Part shown: positions 12,701 through 27,000 of the stretch, piece by piece
How the letters are laid out: each line of letters opens with the position of its first letter
How positions within the stretch are numbered: the first letter of the stretch is position 1
From: Aplysia californica
Lineage: Eukaryota
NCBI RefSeq assembly: GCF_000002075.1
Contig: NW_004797520.1
Location: 304,072-368,071, forward strand
Reading direction: 5' to 3'
Length of the DNA: 64,000 nucleotides
Position numbers and translations under genes: made by a program
Notes under the pieces: model-generated
What the model saw: only the letters and a program-made list of their open reading frames with translations
Told to the model about the DNA's origin: nothing
Databases searched by the model: none

Positions 12701-15700
12701 GGTTTGCTTCTTCTTTCCTATCAAACATCTATTGCTTTTATCTCCCCTCCTTCTTTTTTGTGTTTGTTACTCTCTTGTAACACCTCTAATCTTCGGCACT
12801 TATATGACAACCTTATCGTGTTGCAAGTGCCGTAAAACTTTTACTGAAACTAAACTCCCCTTTCTTCTTTTTTTTGTCTGTTAGTCTTTAGTAAAACCTC
12901 TTCTAGGGGGCTCTAATGGCCTAGAGGTTAAGGTGTTGGCCTCTCAATCAAAGGTCCCGGGTTCGAATCCGGGTAACGACTGAAAAATTTTCTTCTCTAA
13001 AATTGTCTCCTTTCACCTCCTTTCCTGCTCTCTAACAATGTTCTGTTGTCTGCTTTCATTTCCACTTTCTGCCCCCACCCCCTCACCTCCTTTGCCCCCT
13101 CCTCTGGGCTCCTGACTCTTTCTGCAGCCTTTCTACTGCTACTCCTTGGCTCCTCCTTACTGCTGTCTTTCTGCCACACCCCTGATCTTCTGGTAGGAAA
13201 GATCTACACCTAGCCTTCTCGGACAAGGGCGAAAAATCTCGGAGGGCCCGTGTGCAAGTTGCGCACGTTAAAGATCCCTTGGTGGTCTAAAATCGATAAG
13301 AGTAGGCTTCGGCCGCCACCCGGGCAAAATTCAAAATTTCCTACCAACTGAAAATATTAGGTGTGTCCCGCGCGCTCATATGACCTTATGCAGTTGCGAG
13401 CGCCGTAAAACACTTTACAAAAACAAACAAAAAAACCTCTAATCTTAGGCACTAGTATTACCTAACAGTGTAGCAAGTGCCTTGAAGCTCTTTATTGAAG
13501 TGGGTGGTTGGCGGGTGCTCTGGTGTGGTTTGCTTCTTCTTTCCTATCAAACATCTATCGTCCTTATCTCCCCTTCTTCTTTTTTTTGTTTGTTGCTCTC
13601 TTGTAACACCTCTAATCTTCTGGCGCTCATATGACTTTATGCAGTTGCGAGCGCCGTAAAACCTCTACTAAAACTAAAAGTCTTTATTAAAACTAATACA
13701 AGACTGAACAAAGACAACGTTTGTGGTTGACAGTTCAGCCAGAATGAGACGAACGACGAGAACAACATCGGCGCCAACTGCAACAAGGTGATCATGTTGT
13801 TGACCGACGGAGGCACCGACAACGCCAGGGACGTGTTCAAGAAGTACAACTGGGACAATAACAACAAAACGGTGAGTGAGTTGTCCCCCTTGCCTTGACA
13901 CTTTGCCGATCACAAGGCTCATATAGTAAAAACCTTTTGCCATCAAAGACCAAGGCATTTTGGGGAAAATTCCAAAGAAACTGGGTGATAAACATCGCCG
14001 ATCGGCGAGATGTTTGGAAGTTGGGAATATTGGCAGCCCTGATTTGTAAAGCAACAACTAAAACTGAAACCTAATAGTAAAATGTTTGTCATCATAGAAG
14101 CCATTCTCAAAGTGGGAACATAAACATGTTCTTGTGCTCAGTAGAATTGTAAATGGGCTGATTCATCAATGTCATGCTCACAACTGTGCCTGATCTACAA
14201 CAGGGAACTGCTGCTTTTTCTTTCCTAATCCTTACTATCGTCATTTTCCTCTACTTCTTTTGTTTGTCACACTCTTGTGACCTGCTATTACCGGGGTGCC
14301 TTGATAGTCTAAGCAGACCTTGTCCTGTTGAAGCTAGAGAGGTGAGAGGAATAAGCTTGATTCCGTGTATGGACTTCTCTGTTGACATCCACTCCTTAGC
14401 ACTCATATGACCTTATGCAGTTGCGAGCGCCGTAAAACCTTACTAAAACTAAACCAAAACACTCTGGCATACGTATTACTATTCAGTTTTTGTTCTTCAA
14501 CTTGAATTCGGCTATTGTTTTCTATATTCTAGTTCATACCTTGCTGTTCTATAAGTTTTATCCGAACAAAGTCATCTGTGATGTGTTGAATATTTTCTTT
14601 ATTGCTTCTCTGAGTGTGCTCATTTATGGTCTCCCCACCAGGTCCGTGTGTTTACCTACGCTGTGGGACCCACCCCAAACCCAATCACAGCGGTCAGGTG
14701 GATGGCCTGTGCAAACAGAGGTGAGGAAATGATATGAGTGCTGTGGTTTTGGTACCATCTCTTCCGCAGACTAAAATCCAATCTTTTATTTCTTTGTGAT
14801 CTTTAGTATGTTACAGATAATCTAAGTGATAATAATAATAATGATATTAATAATAATAATAATAATAATATGTAATAATTATATTAATAATAATGATAAT
14901 AATAATTAATATTTAATAATAATTGCATTTAACACTTTGCCATCATATTTTGGGGAATATCCAAAGAAACTGGGTGGTAAACAGGCGAGATGAGGCGGCA
15001 AAGTGGTAAATTGGCTTTTAGAGCCAACAGGTGGCTGTTGGAGCAGGTGTGACTGTACTTTTCCCTGTGTTGTCCTCTCGGCCAGGTTACTTCTCTCAGA
15101 TTCCTGCCATGGGAGCCATCCGAGCCAGAGTCCAGGTAACATCTCTCTATGTGTGCTCTATGTGTGTACTATGTGTGCTCTGTGTGCTCTGTGTGTGTAC
15201 TATGTGTTCTCTGTGTGTTGTGTGTGCTGTGTGTACTCTGGACGTCTGTGTACTACAGACGTTTGTGTGATGACTTTGTTTGTGGTTAAAACAGGGGGTG
15301 GGTGGGTTGTTGTGGGGGGGGGAGGGGTAGATGAACATCAGTGGTTAGAAAAGAGTGTGTGTGTGGGGGGGGGGGGGAAGGGGTATGTGATCACGAGAAA
15401 GGGGAAGGACTCTTTGTGCTGTGGGAACAACAGCAGTAATGGTTATATTTTGTTGCTGTGTGCGTTGGAGAACGTTCAGTGGACTCAATATGAGATGTGG
15501 GGGGGGGGGGGGGGGGAACGAAGAAATGGAAACTTACCCCTAATGTCGGTTGAATCTGACCACGCAGGCTCTTGCTTCGTCCCTCGTTTTTGAGTTGATG
15601 AAAAAGTTGCACTATGATATTTCTTGTGTTGTAAGGATGAACACAATTATTATAGATTCCTTGACTGATGGGATGCAGCAATTGATTTTTTTCCGCTCAT

Positions 15701-18700
15701 ATTAGGAACAGATGGGTCTGGGTTTTTTGGTTTATTCATTAATGGGGTTGTTTTATTTTTTTCTTAAACTGAGAAGATGACAGAGTTGTCGAATAATTGT
15801 CGCAAGCAAGATCACAGAAATCTGTTGCTTTATGTGTTTTTAATTAATAATCATTGGAAAATGCTAGATAGTCCATTTTATGCATATTTTCCTCCATCCA
15901 ACTGTCCTATTTCAAACTTATTCACTCTGTGAACCCAGTAAATATAAATCAAGTATTTTAGTTCAGCTCTCATGTAGTCGATGTTTGAAAAGTTCGTACT
16001 CCGAGATCCCTTGCACGATTAATTTTTAAAAACACATTTTGTCGTGGTTTTGATTTGATTAAACAGCTGTAAATATAAATAGTTATAGGTGATGCTAATG
16101 TTTAATGATGATGATTCTTATTTTCAGCGCAGCGTCATGTGTGAACTCAAATTTCATGATCGTACCTTGTTTCAGAAATGAGTATCATATAACTTGTTGG
16201 TGGGTGGTTGGTGGGTGCTCTGGTGTGGCTCGCTCCTTCTTTCAAGTCAAACATCTCACCTATCGTCCTGATCTCTCCTTTTTTTGTGTGTGTTATTCTC
16301 ATATAAAACCTGTAATCTTTGACACTTTTGACCTCTTTGTGTTTCAAGTGCTGTTCAACTCTAACTAAAACTAAAACTAAACTGGGTTGATGACCCTCTG
16401 TGGTATTTATGTCAACTCATGAGTCTATCTTTTTGTCTGTTTCATTTGTTCTTTTTCGTGGGTGGTTGGCGGGTGCTCTGGTATGGTTTGCTCGCTCCTT
16501 CTTTCCTACCAAACATCTATCGTCCTGATCTCTCCTCCTTTTTTGTGTTTGTTAATCTCTTGTAACACATCTATTCTTCTGCACTTGTATGACCTTATTT
16601 TGTGTTGCAAGTGCTGTAAAACTCTTACTAAAACTAAACCTCTTCTTTTTCATCTTTCTTTACCTGTATAATGCCAGCAGTCGTTGTTGTGCTTTCCCAG
16701 TAAGCTTTTAACATATTATTATCCAGTGGGTGGTTGGTGGGTGCAGCGATGCAGCTTGTAACTTGTACCTTTGTTCTGTGTTTCTGTTAATGCTTCTGTT
16801 ACTGTTTCTATTATTCTTATCTGCTCCTGGCCACTATGGCTGTCATGAAGCTGACTTTGTGACAACTGCCTCTCGGCTCTCTGACTGTGGGCGTTAGGTG
16901 GACACTCTGGTCTGGTTCGCTACTTCTTTCTATCATGCATCTATCATCCTTATCTCTCCTCCTTCTTTCCGTCGTATGTTACTCTCCAGTAAAACATCTA
17001 ATCTTATTTGTTTTGCAAATGCCATAAAACTCCAACAAAAATTAAATTAGACTTGTCACTGGTTCATAGCTTCTCTGGTCGCAATCATTGTATTGGCCAA
17101 TGATGTGTACATCAAAGCGGCATTTTATTGCAATGTTCGGGGTCCATAAAATATCGTCTGGATAAGATTCAGTGAGGGTCTGAACAGAGGAAAGCTGTGT
17201 TCTAGCTGACACGATGCCATCATGTTATTGTGACTTCAAGTATTTGGATATGTTTGTGTGGGTTGTTCGTGGATGTTCTGGTGTGGTTTGCTTGTTCTTC
17301 TTTCCTATCAAACATCTATCGTCTTTATCTCCCCTCCTTTTTTTTGTGTTTGTTACTCTCTTGTAACACCTCTAATCTTTGGCACTTATATGACTTTATA
17401 GTGTTGCAAGTGCCGTAAAACTCTTACTAAAACTAAAAATTGGACATGTTTGTCACTTGTGAATTTAATGTTAATCTTCTGCAATGTTTGAACTGAAGAG
17501 TTCCAAGAAAATAGTGTTGCCGACACTGTAGAACTGTAAACAAATTGATTCCTTGTTATATTTCTTTCCACATTCCGAAAAATTAAGTCCATTGATGCTT
17601 TGCATTATATCTAACCCTGCATTAACATAGGGACTGATGCTACCAGCATTCTCTGTAGTTTCAGACGGTTACAAAGTATTTACTGAAGTTACAAAGTATT
17701 CACAGAAGGTTACAAAGCATTCACAAAAGTTATAAAGCATTCACAAAAGTTATAAAGTTACAAAGTATTTACTGAAGTTACAAAGTATTCACAGAAGGTT
17801 ACAAAATATTCACAGAAGGTTACAACGTATTCACAGAAGGTTACAGAAGGTTACACAGTATTCACAGAAGGTTACAAAGTATTCACAGAAGGTTACAAAG
17901 TATTCACCGAAAGTTACAAAGTATTCACAGAAATGGAACCTGCAAGGGAATGGGGATGACGCTTTATGAATTTTTTTTTTTGGTTTTAGTCTCTTCTGAG
18001 ATTCCATATGAGCAGAATCCGACCGTATTGTAAGTCAGAACTATTATGAGATTATATTTTTTATGGTGACTTTCATGTAATTTATTTCTCAGAAAAGATG
18101 AGTAAGTACAATACATAGTGTCAGGGGCACCTTTACACCATTGTCCTTGTAGGAAAGAAGCAAAATCTATTTTTCAAAAAGGTGGACACTTTGATTTCAC
18201 TGTGGATATGTACATGACTTTTGTCACCGAATGTGCGGATTGGTATTTGGATGGATGAGTGAGTGGATGGTGATCGTGGATGTGTAAAGACTGAATGAAC
18301 AAAAGTCATAGCTTTATATCATGCTACAGGATCTTGTCCATACCTGGAATTTGGGTGTTCTTTTAGAGAGAGTTATGTACTCCATTTTGTCTGAAAATTG
18401 GTATTTGTGAACTTCAGGTTTATTCTAGAAATAGATGAGAGGAGAGAATAACAGTTTATAACAAAGAGTGAGCTTAAGAAGAAGTCACATTTTCAATGTT
18501 TAAAAAAATGGAGATGCGAGTAGAAAGCACCGAGGTGGCGATTTGTATAACTCTTCTGTAAGACTAAGAAAAGATTGAAACAGTTAGTGCTAACATTGGA
18601 TAATGAAGATGTGAGATTCAGGATGTTGTACAAATAAGAGATGAGAATAGAATAATGCTATGGCACTTCCATGAAAGTGATTTTTCTTGCATGAACATTT

Positions 18701-21003
18701 GTATAACTTTTCTTTACGTGTTGTAAAAGATTTATAGTGCAATTACGCGTAACTGAAGATGTGAGATTCAGAATGTTGTATAAATATGTGAAGAGAATAG
18801 AGTACTGCTATAGCACTTCAATGAAAGTGCTTCTTCTTGCATGTAAATTCGTATATTTTTTCTTTAAGTGTCATTAAAGATTTATAGTGCAAACCTGACG
18901 TGTAAATGAAGATATGAGCTTCAGGATGTTTGTATGAATATGAGTATGAGTCATTATTTAGTCCAAATATGGTTCTGGGAGAATTCTTAAGAATCAAGAT
19001 GTGTGGTTCCCTTGTGGTGTTTGTGTGCAGAACTGCGATGTTGAAGCTTTCTCGCTCTCTCTCTGTTTCCCTTCTACGCTGCTTGAAATGTGCAAAATGG
19101 CAGGACTATGTCCTCGTTCTAGAGCGGCCCCTGGCCTTGGCCCACATAGAACATGAAATGTGGACCAGTAGCCACAAAAATGTGTACTACGCAAAAGGCC
19201 AGAACCCGGTATAACCTTCCTCCCATCTCGGTTCATCACTCGTCTTCTTCTCTTTGCTTGACTTTAATCGTTTCTATTGGGCTGTTCATCTTGGATTGCT
19301 TCAGTTTTGGTTCTTTATCTCTACAATACCTACAATATTATTATGCTATTTTCATTCAAAGTTGAAGGAGAAAGTGAACAACAGAATTGTTTTTATTCAG
19401 AACGAAACAAATGTAATCATAATGAAGTTTGGTTGTTCTCGAGAACAACAGGACATTTTGTAGCCCTTGCTAATGAATCATATTTTGGCAAGAAGGAAAC
19501 ACAGACATACTCACTGTCCCCTCCCCTTCCCCATCTCACACACACCCAAACAGAAAACAGACGAAGTCATGGAATGATGAAAAGGTTAGGAATATATCCA
19601 AATCTCAATAACAGTGGCACCCAAAGAGGTGTTTCAGTTGCACACATGCTTTTCAATGAGAAAAATGTAAGATTTATTAACTTAACAGGTTTTTTTGGTA
19701 GGCAAATGTCCTTTTTTTAAGATAAGAGCTTGTCTAGAAGGATGCGTGTAGTATTGCTGTCCAGCTTGCTTTACGTGTATCATCATATACCTAGTTATTT
19801 GAGGGAGTAGCATGGTATTTTTTGTCGGTGGGTTTCCAGATTGCGTATCTTTTGATGATTGGGTGCAGTTAATCATGCTATGCGTATAATATATTTATGT
19901 ATTATATATATTATATATATCTATATATATACTTATTTGAATATATCCTCTCTTTTTTTTTTCTCAAGCGTACATGGTACATATTTTTTTTTTCTTCTCA
20001 TTTTGGTCCATACAGGATAAGGATGCTTTTATGGGAGTTGTTGCTTCTTCATGATGCTCATTGCGGTTCTTTCAGTAAATACAGCTCTCCATAACTATAC
20101 ATATATATATAATATACATTATATATACACTTTCCTTTTTTTCCTTCTCTTTTCCTCTAAGCCTGAGACTCTCCTCTTCTGTGCCTGTCGCTGAGCATAA
20201 CCACTGCCTGACAAAAGCACACAGCAGACTCTGCAAACGCTGGCTCACACTGCACCAGTTTGACTGTCACTTGCTCTTTTCACCACGATGCAGTGCTTTG
20301 TCCAGTCATAAAAAAGAAAAAAATAGTGAAGGTTATGAAGAGGCCTTTGCCGTCCTGTAAATGAAATTTCAGACTTTGAAAATGGTTTTGATTACCTCCT
20401 TATGGCTGCCTCTGTCTGTCAACAGAATTTGAGGAAAAATTGTCTTGCTCTCAAAAAAATTTCACCTGGGCAAGAAACATCAGCAGAAAGAAGAACAATT
20501 TTTTTTTTTCTTATTTTTTGTTCTGAACTAATAATTATTCATTTTGGGGAATTATTCAAGATGAACTTTAACCTGTTGCCATATTTTTGTTTCATTTGTA
20601 CCTTCTTGTTTTGTATGTTTTTTGTGGGTTTTTTTGTCAGTATAATGGTTTCCCATTTTGGCAGTCTTAACATCCGACTGAGGCAGTTGTACAGGCTCTT
20701 TAGGCTGTGGTTCTTCTCGTCAGTCAAGTGGTGTAAATTGTTTTTGGTGGCGCGTTGCGAGTGTGTGCCATGATGTGACCCCATGTGATATGTGCTTGTC
20801 CAATCTCCCAGGGCTACACGGACTACTTGAGAGCCACTCTAGAAAGTTATGGCGTGCAGGAAGAAAATTGGGAAGCGACCTATGACCCTAGGGTATGAAG
20901 GCCTGAACTAATCTCCCCACACCAGGCCTCGTGGCTGGGGAAGCTCAGTTGCTGAAGGCACTAACTCAATCCCTTTCTTTTGAGCGTTTTTTTTTTTGTT
21001 GAA

Positions 21004-21034
<31 letters not shown>

Positions 21035-24000
21035 CTGGCATCGGTCTTGATTTCTCACTTAATGAATTGACAAGGACTTGGAATAATGCTTTTGCTTTTT
21101 GAGTTTGAAGAAATAACAACAGCTTTCATAAGTTTTTGTTTTACGCACGGCATTTGATATTGGCAGAAACATCAGAAATACTCTTTTTGTTGTAATGATA
21201 GAACAATATTTAAATAAAATAATTACATAACAATGTAAAATAATTACATAACAATGTTTTGTTAAGGTATAGGCTACTTAATTTTTATTTAAAAAAAAAA
21301 AAGCCATGACTGTATTGTCACGAAATTTTCCTAAATTTTTATCGTGTTATTATTATATCACAGTATTCTGAAACTAGAAAGAATGTAGGTTACCTGTGTG
21401 GGTTTGAGTGCTATTTTCAGGATGGAAAGTTTTAGCACCCATTGATATAGAAGTTATTGAGTAGCACTTTAGTCAAGCATTTGTTGTTGAGATTATTCCA
21501 AGTCTAGCAGTTTCTCCATAGCATTTGATGCATTCTTTTTGGTTTTATCTTGCCTTTTAATCTTTAACTTTTGCAATATCACATCATCCAGCTAAATTAA
21601 CACCACTAAAACCACTCATTCTTGTTTGCTATTCAGTCCATGGTACAAGTAAAGAAGAGAGATTTGGGATGGATCTAATCCCAAATTTGTTGGATCAGTG
21701 ATTATTCCTAGATTGTAGTGAAACATCTTATGCAAGGAAATCATTTGAATGTCGTATTGCCAGGGTATTCTTGGAGGAAAGATAACTTTGAAAACATTCT
21801 TTGTGATGTTGAAGAATTTACGTCTTCCTTCTTTATTTGGTGTAGGGTTGTCAACTGTAATTTTTTAAAAAGTAAATGGTTAGAACAGACCAGCATAATA
21901 GGGTTGTTCTGTGAGCATCTGAACAGAGAAATCGAGTAGCAAACCAAAATCACCTCACAATGTCTGTACAAAATCTGGCACTTGAAGAAGAAGAAAGAAA
22001 TCATAAGTAATCTATCTGTATGTCTCTTGATTTTAATTTCTCTATTAGAGACTAAAAAAATGTTCTTTTTTTTTTATTGCACTTCTTTTGTTAAGGTAAA
22101 TTGGTCAGCTGGAAATTTTTCTTTGACTTTGATCACCCTCAGTTTAAAAGGATTTTTGTCATGATTTAGAAAATTGATTGCCTCTAGGGTGGTGTTCATT
22201 TTTTTCATCCTTATTTCTGAATTAATTTTATTCAGTCTCATTTCATGTGCCGAAAGATCTGAAGGTTGTTACTTTGGCCTGGTTTTGGTGGGAAGGGGCC
22301 GGGGAGTGCCCTGGTTAAATTTTTCTATTGCCAAGATCTGGTTCACTTACTTATTCTGTCCTTCCGTCGTTTTAGTTCTTCTCCAAGACATTTTCTGTTT
22401 GATTATCCTTTTCATTTTTCTTTTGGAGCCGCTAGCATTGCAGCTTTTCTTTGAACTGACGACATGTTTGATGCTGTTCCTTGACCGCTTCTCTCCCTCT
22501 GCTTGGGATTGCCGCAAGCGTTTGACCTCTGTCTGCTGAGTGTGTGGGCTGGAATGTCCCTTTTGCTTCTGTTTTCTTCTTTGAGATCTCCAGAAACTTA
22601 AGGGGGAGGAGGAGGAGGAGGAGAGAGTATGTAGGAGGCAAAAAGAGACAGTGAATAAACAATGGAGGAGAGATTATAGGAGGCAAAGAGAGACAGTGAA
22701 CAAACAATAGAAGAGATTATAGGAGGCAAAGAGAGACAGTGAACAAACAATAGAAGAGATTATAGGAGGCAAAGAGAGACAGTGAACAAACAATGGAGGA
22801 GAGAGATTATAGGAGGCAAAGAGAGACGGTGAACAAACAATAGAGAAGAGATTATAGGAGGCAAAGAGAGACGGTGAACAAACAATGGAGGAGAGAGATT
22901 ATAGGAGGCAAAGAGAGACGGTGAACAAACAATGGATGAGATAAAAAGGTTGGGGGGAGAGTGGCAGTCTTTGGAAGTGCAAGAGTAAAGGAGTAACAAA
23001 TACAAGAGGAAAGGAGTAACAAATACAAGAGGAAAGGAGTGACTTTTCTGAAAAGAAGCACTAGTTTAAACGTTCCTTCCACATGATATGTTGCGTCTGT
23101 ATCTATCTGTCGGTCTCTTGGTTTTTCAATAAGGCGAAGTCCTGCTACTGGTGACTATGAATATACTGTTCCAGCCGCGCTAACAAAGCCGAGGATTTTT
23201 CTGTTCTGAAGCCCTACATTCACAAATGGGAATTATATCAGTGTCTTTTTTTAGATGTTGAGGAGTAGGGACTCTGAGGGCTGGGAAAAAGGTTGGTGGG
23301 GGCAGACACATTCTCCTCTCACATGTTGTCTCCCGTGTGACAAGACAGGCTAAACTTTGTGGAGTAAAGTTTTCAGGAGTGGCAAAAAACCTGTTTTGTT
23401 TTATTATGTGGCTGGTGGGTTCTTCGGCTTTATTTCTAATGTTTGAGGAGAATTCCTAGTCAAAAGTCAGACCTGTTTCTGACTGAGCATAAGAAAAAGA
23501 TCGTTTACTATCAAACTCGTCAAATTAGAAAGGAAAAAAAAATTGTGCGGGTTATCGAGTCTTGTCACAGGACAATGATGTTGTGTTTGACATGTGGGTA
23601 TCCAGTTTTTGATGTGAAGGAGGGAAGAATAGATTGAAAGTTTTAAATAAGTTAAACTGGCAGACTGAGACTAGTTGGTCAAAAGTTGAGATGGCAGAAC
23701 TGGAGTAAATAAAAGGCTGAAAGACAAGTGTGCCAGGGGAGAGGAAGGAAGGAATTCACGCCAGGTTCACCATAGGAATGAGTGGAAAGAGGGGATTTAA
23801 GCCTATGTTCCTCTTGTTTTCATGTAGGCATATACACACACATACACATGCACGTGAGTGCGTGCACACAAATACACAGTTGCACACGGGAGCACATACA
23901 TACAAATATGTGTACACACTCGTACACACACACACACTTCACACACACACACTCAAATCAACTTGAGCACACACACTCTTGTAGAAATAAGCCTCATTCT

Positions 24001-27000
24001 ACCAACATGATCATTTTCCAACTCTTTCTTGAGCACATCTGAACATGCTCACATTTTTATGAACACATATTAATAAAATATGACATAACGTAAATGGAAC
24101 AGGCTACAGGATCCTCAGATGCTGACGACATATTTCCAAAAATCTGATAACTTCTTTAGGAGAATTCTGCCTCGTGTGTCGTGCCATTCTCTCTCTGTAG
24201 TGCCTTGTTCAGAATGGAGAACAGTAAATCTTTTCAATACCATTGTTCGTTGTTAGCTCTGTCCTATTTGGCACGCCTAATCTCTCTATACTCTCTTGAG
24301 AGATGAAAACCGAGAATGCCTTTACTTTAATTTGTCTTGAAGCGATTTTTTTTTTCACCTGCTATTCACAAATGTAGCATGCGTACGTCATGTTTTTATA
24401 CAATAATTTTTTTCTCCCGTATTTTTGAGTTTTGATATTGCTGGCTGACCACGTCAGTTTTGTCATTGTGCTGCCCTGTGGGACTGACCTATTGCAGTGA
24501 CCGTAGCAGCTTACAGTCTGTCACTGTGTGTCTGGAAGGTGCATTGGCCATTTTTTCCCTAGCTAGAGGAACTGAGGACAAAGGACGTAGACAGTTATAA
24601 CTCACTTGTTTGATTCATTTTCAGCAATGGCAGGGGACTGTTTGGTGTCAGAGGCAGAGGGCTCATGACTGGAACTAATTTTTTTCCTTCATGTTGTATA
24701 TAGGTTTTTTTGTGGTTAAAAGGACGATGTGTTGCTGAATCCCATTTGGTGGCGGGAAGAAAGTATGCACTATGTGTGTGTTTTATTTTTGTTGATTCTT
24801 TCAGAAGTCGGTGTTTAAGGGGTGTTTCTTCCTTGTGTATGAATGTATTGAAGGTTCTGCCTCCTGTGTTTGTCCGTGCCAACCAGGTGGATGGGAATGT
24901 GTTCTTACACGTTTGTGTCTTCAATGTGTAGTGTGTTCTCTTCCCCTTCATGAGGTGGATGGGAATGTGTTCTTACATGTGTGTGTCTTCAGTGTGTAGT
25001 GTGTTCTCTTCCGCTTCATAAGGTGGATGGGAATGTGTCCTTACATGTTTGTGTCTTCAATGTGGTGGATGGGAATGTCTCTTTACACGTGTGTGTCTTC
25101 AGTGAGGTGGATGGGAATGTCTTCTTACACGTGTGTGTCTTCAATGTGTAGTGTGTTCTCTTCCCCTTCACTTCAAGGAGTATATCCCTGTCCTGAGTCG
25201 GCCGCAGGTCATCAAAAACAAGAAAACCTTTGAGTGGGGCAACATTTATGAGGACACTTTGGTATTTGCACATTTTGCCTCATGCTGGTCATTGACTATT
25301 GATATTGTCACTTTGCTTTTTATTCATTGTATTTATTTCAGACGTCATGTAGGCTGTTGTAGATTCTCAAACGTTAATAATTAGATCAATACTTGTCTGT
25401 TTTACATTTTCTTTTTAAAGATCGTATGAAATGAAGGTTAAGATATGTTTATAATATTTATATCTGAAACATAATTTTTCAAAAGGATAGAATAACTGTA
25501 AATATTATGTTGATAGAGCAAATTGTTTGCTATGCATTCTAAGAAAAATAATCATGATCATTGAAGATGAAAATCTAGCAGCTAGTGGAAGGAAATGTAG
25601 TACCAGGATAAGTTGTCACCAAAGAAATCAGCCAACAGATGTCGTTAAAAAGTTGACGGAGCTTGAACTGGAAAATTTGAAGCTAAACAACGTTAGAAAG
25701 TAAGCAAGTAGTAAGAGATATCCCCAAGGTAACCGAATTCTAAGGAGAACATCACATCAAAATTAAATATAACAAATAAAGATTAAGAAAGAGAACATTG
25801 CAATTATTGGACGCAGTTTGTTAGATTGCGATGTCTCATAGAGTAGATAGGGCGGACATCGCTAGCAACTAGCAGTTGGTGTTGCGTGTGAGAGATGTTG
25901 GACATGATGTGTAGCTGCGTGTCCATGTCACTGTTGTGTCTCCTGCCTACCCGCCCCCCCCCCACTTTGTTTCAGCGTCTCTGACATTATGTGCTTAGTC
26001 GAGCGTCGGAAAATTTATTTTTGGACGTGTCACACTTGTCTATGTAGTTTAGAATGCAGTGCACAGTCATTGACACTGGTGTTTTGACCATAGCTCATTA
26101 GCTGTATGTCCTTCTGTTGTGAAAGTTCTTGATTCTTTGAGTTGGATCAAGACTTTGTAACATGCTGTGAATGACTCATTGTTTGGTAAAGATCGTAAAC
26201 CTTGCAATGTTCCTGACATAAATGCTAGTAGAAAAATAAGAAGAATGATATCAAGAAATGAGCTCCTGGCATAAATTTAGGAGTATTGGACATATTATTG
26301 TTCCGTTTAAAGATTGATGTTAATATAATTCAATGTCCCAGAATATATTCCCAGGCATCAGAATGTATACACTGCTAAACTGTTTCATTGGTGCCGATCT
26401 GTTTTAGCTGTTTGTGCTACGTCAGTTTGATCACATTCCAAATAGTTGACTTATGAGAGAGAAAGATTCTTCAACACGGCTGTGTTGTTGTGAGGTGTAT
26501 GGCTTGGTGTGACCAAAAAGAAACCGTAGACGTCCCTGTGTTGTGTCCCTGGTACTTCGCTGTAGAGCACTCGTGGCGTGTGACTACCCTTGCACCTTTT
26601 GCTTCAACAAATTATCTCCTTTGTTGGGTATTTTGTTAGTCGTCCGTTCTTTCTTCAGTGTCTCAGCTGTTGCAGTAAAGTAAATATTGGCCAACACTCT
26701 TTGTATATATTTGTGTGTACTTAAACAATGATATACTTATATTATAATAAAGATAAGCTTTGTAATCTCTTTCTTTTTTACTCGGGACTAGGGAAGCTAG
26801 CAAATCCTCTAGTGCGTCATTTGGTTTGTGCTGATTAAAACCTGTAATTTCTTTGCCATATCGACTGACCGAAGAGCTAGAACCCAAATGACCGCTGGAT
26901 CGGAAAAGTAAAGTAAAAGTAAAGTTTGGGCAGTTTCCTGTTCTGTGTACAGTGGTCTCCGTCTAAGAACACAGCATTTATGAACCTGGTCAGTGAAAGA

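Noticed and set aside
12678-12884. Recurrent Cys/Leu-rich peptide [17 protein letters not shown]...CCKCRKTL suggesting a small gene family
   Set aside because: It is the translation of the SINE-like repeat; frames shift between copies.
12905-12980. tRNA gene
   Set aside because: A/B boxes are present, but there is no complete acceptor stem and the sequence continues into a SINE body and tail.
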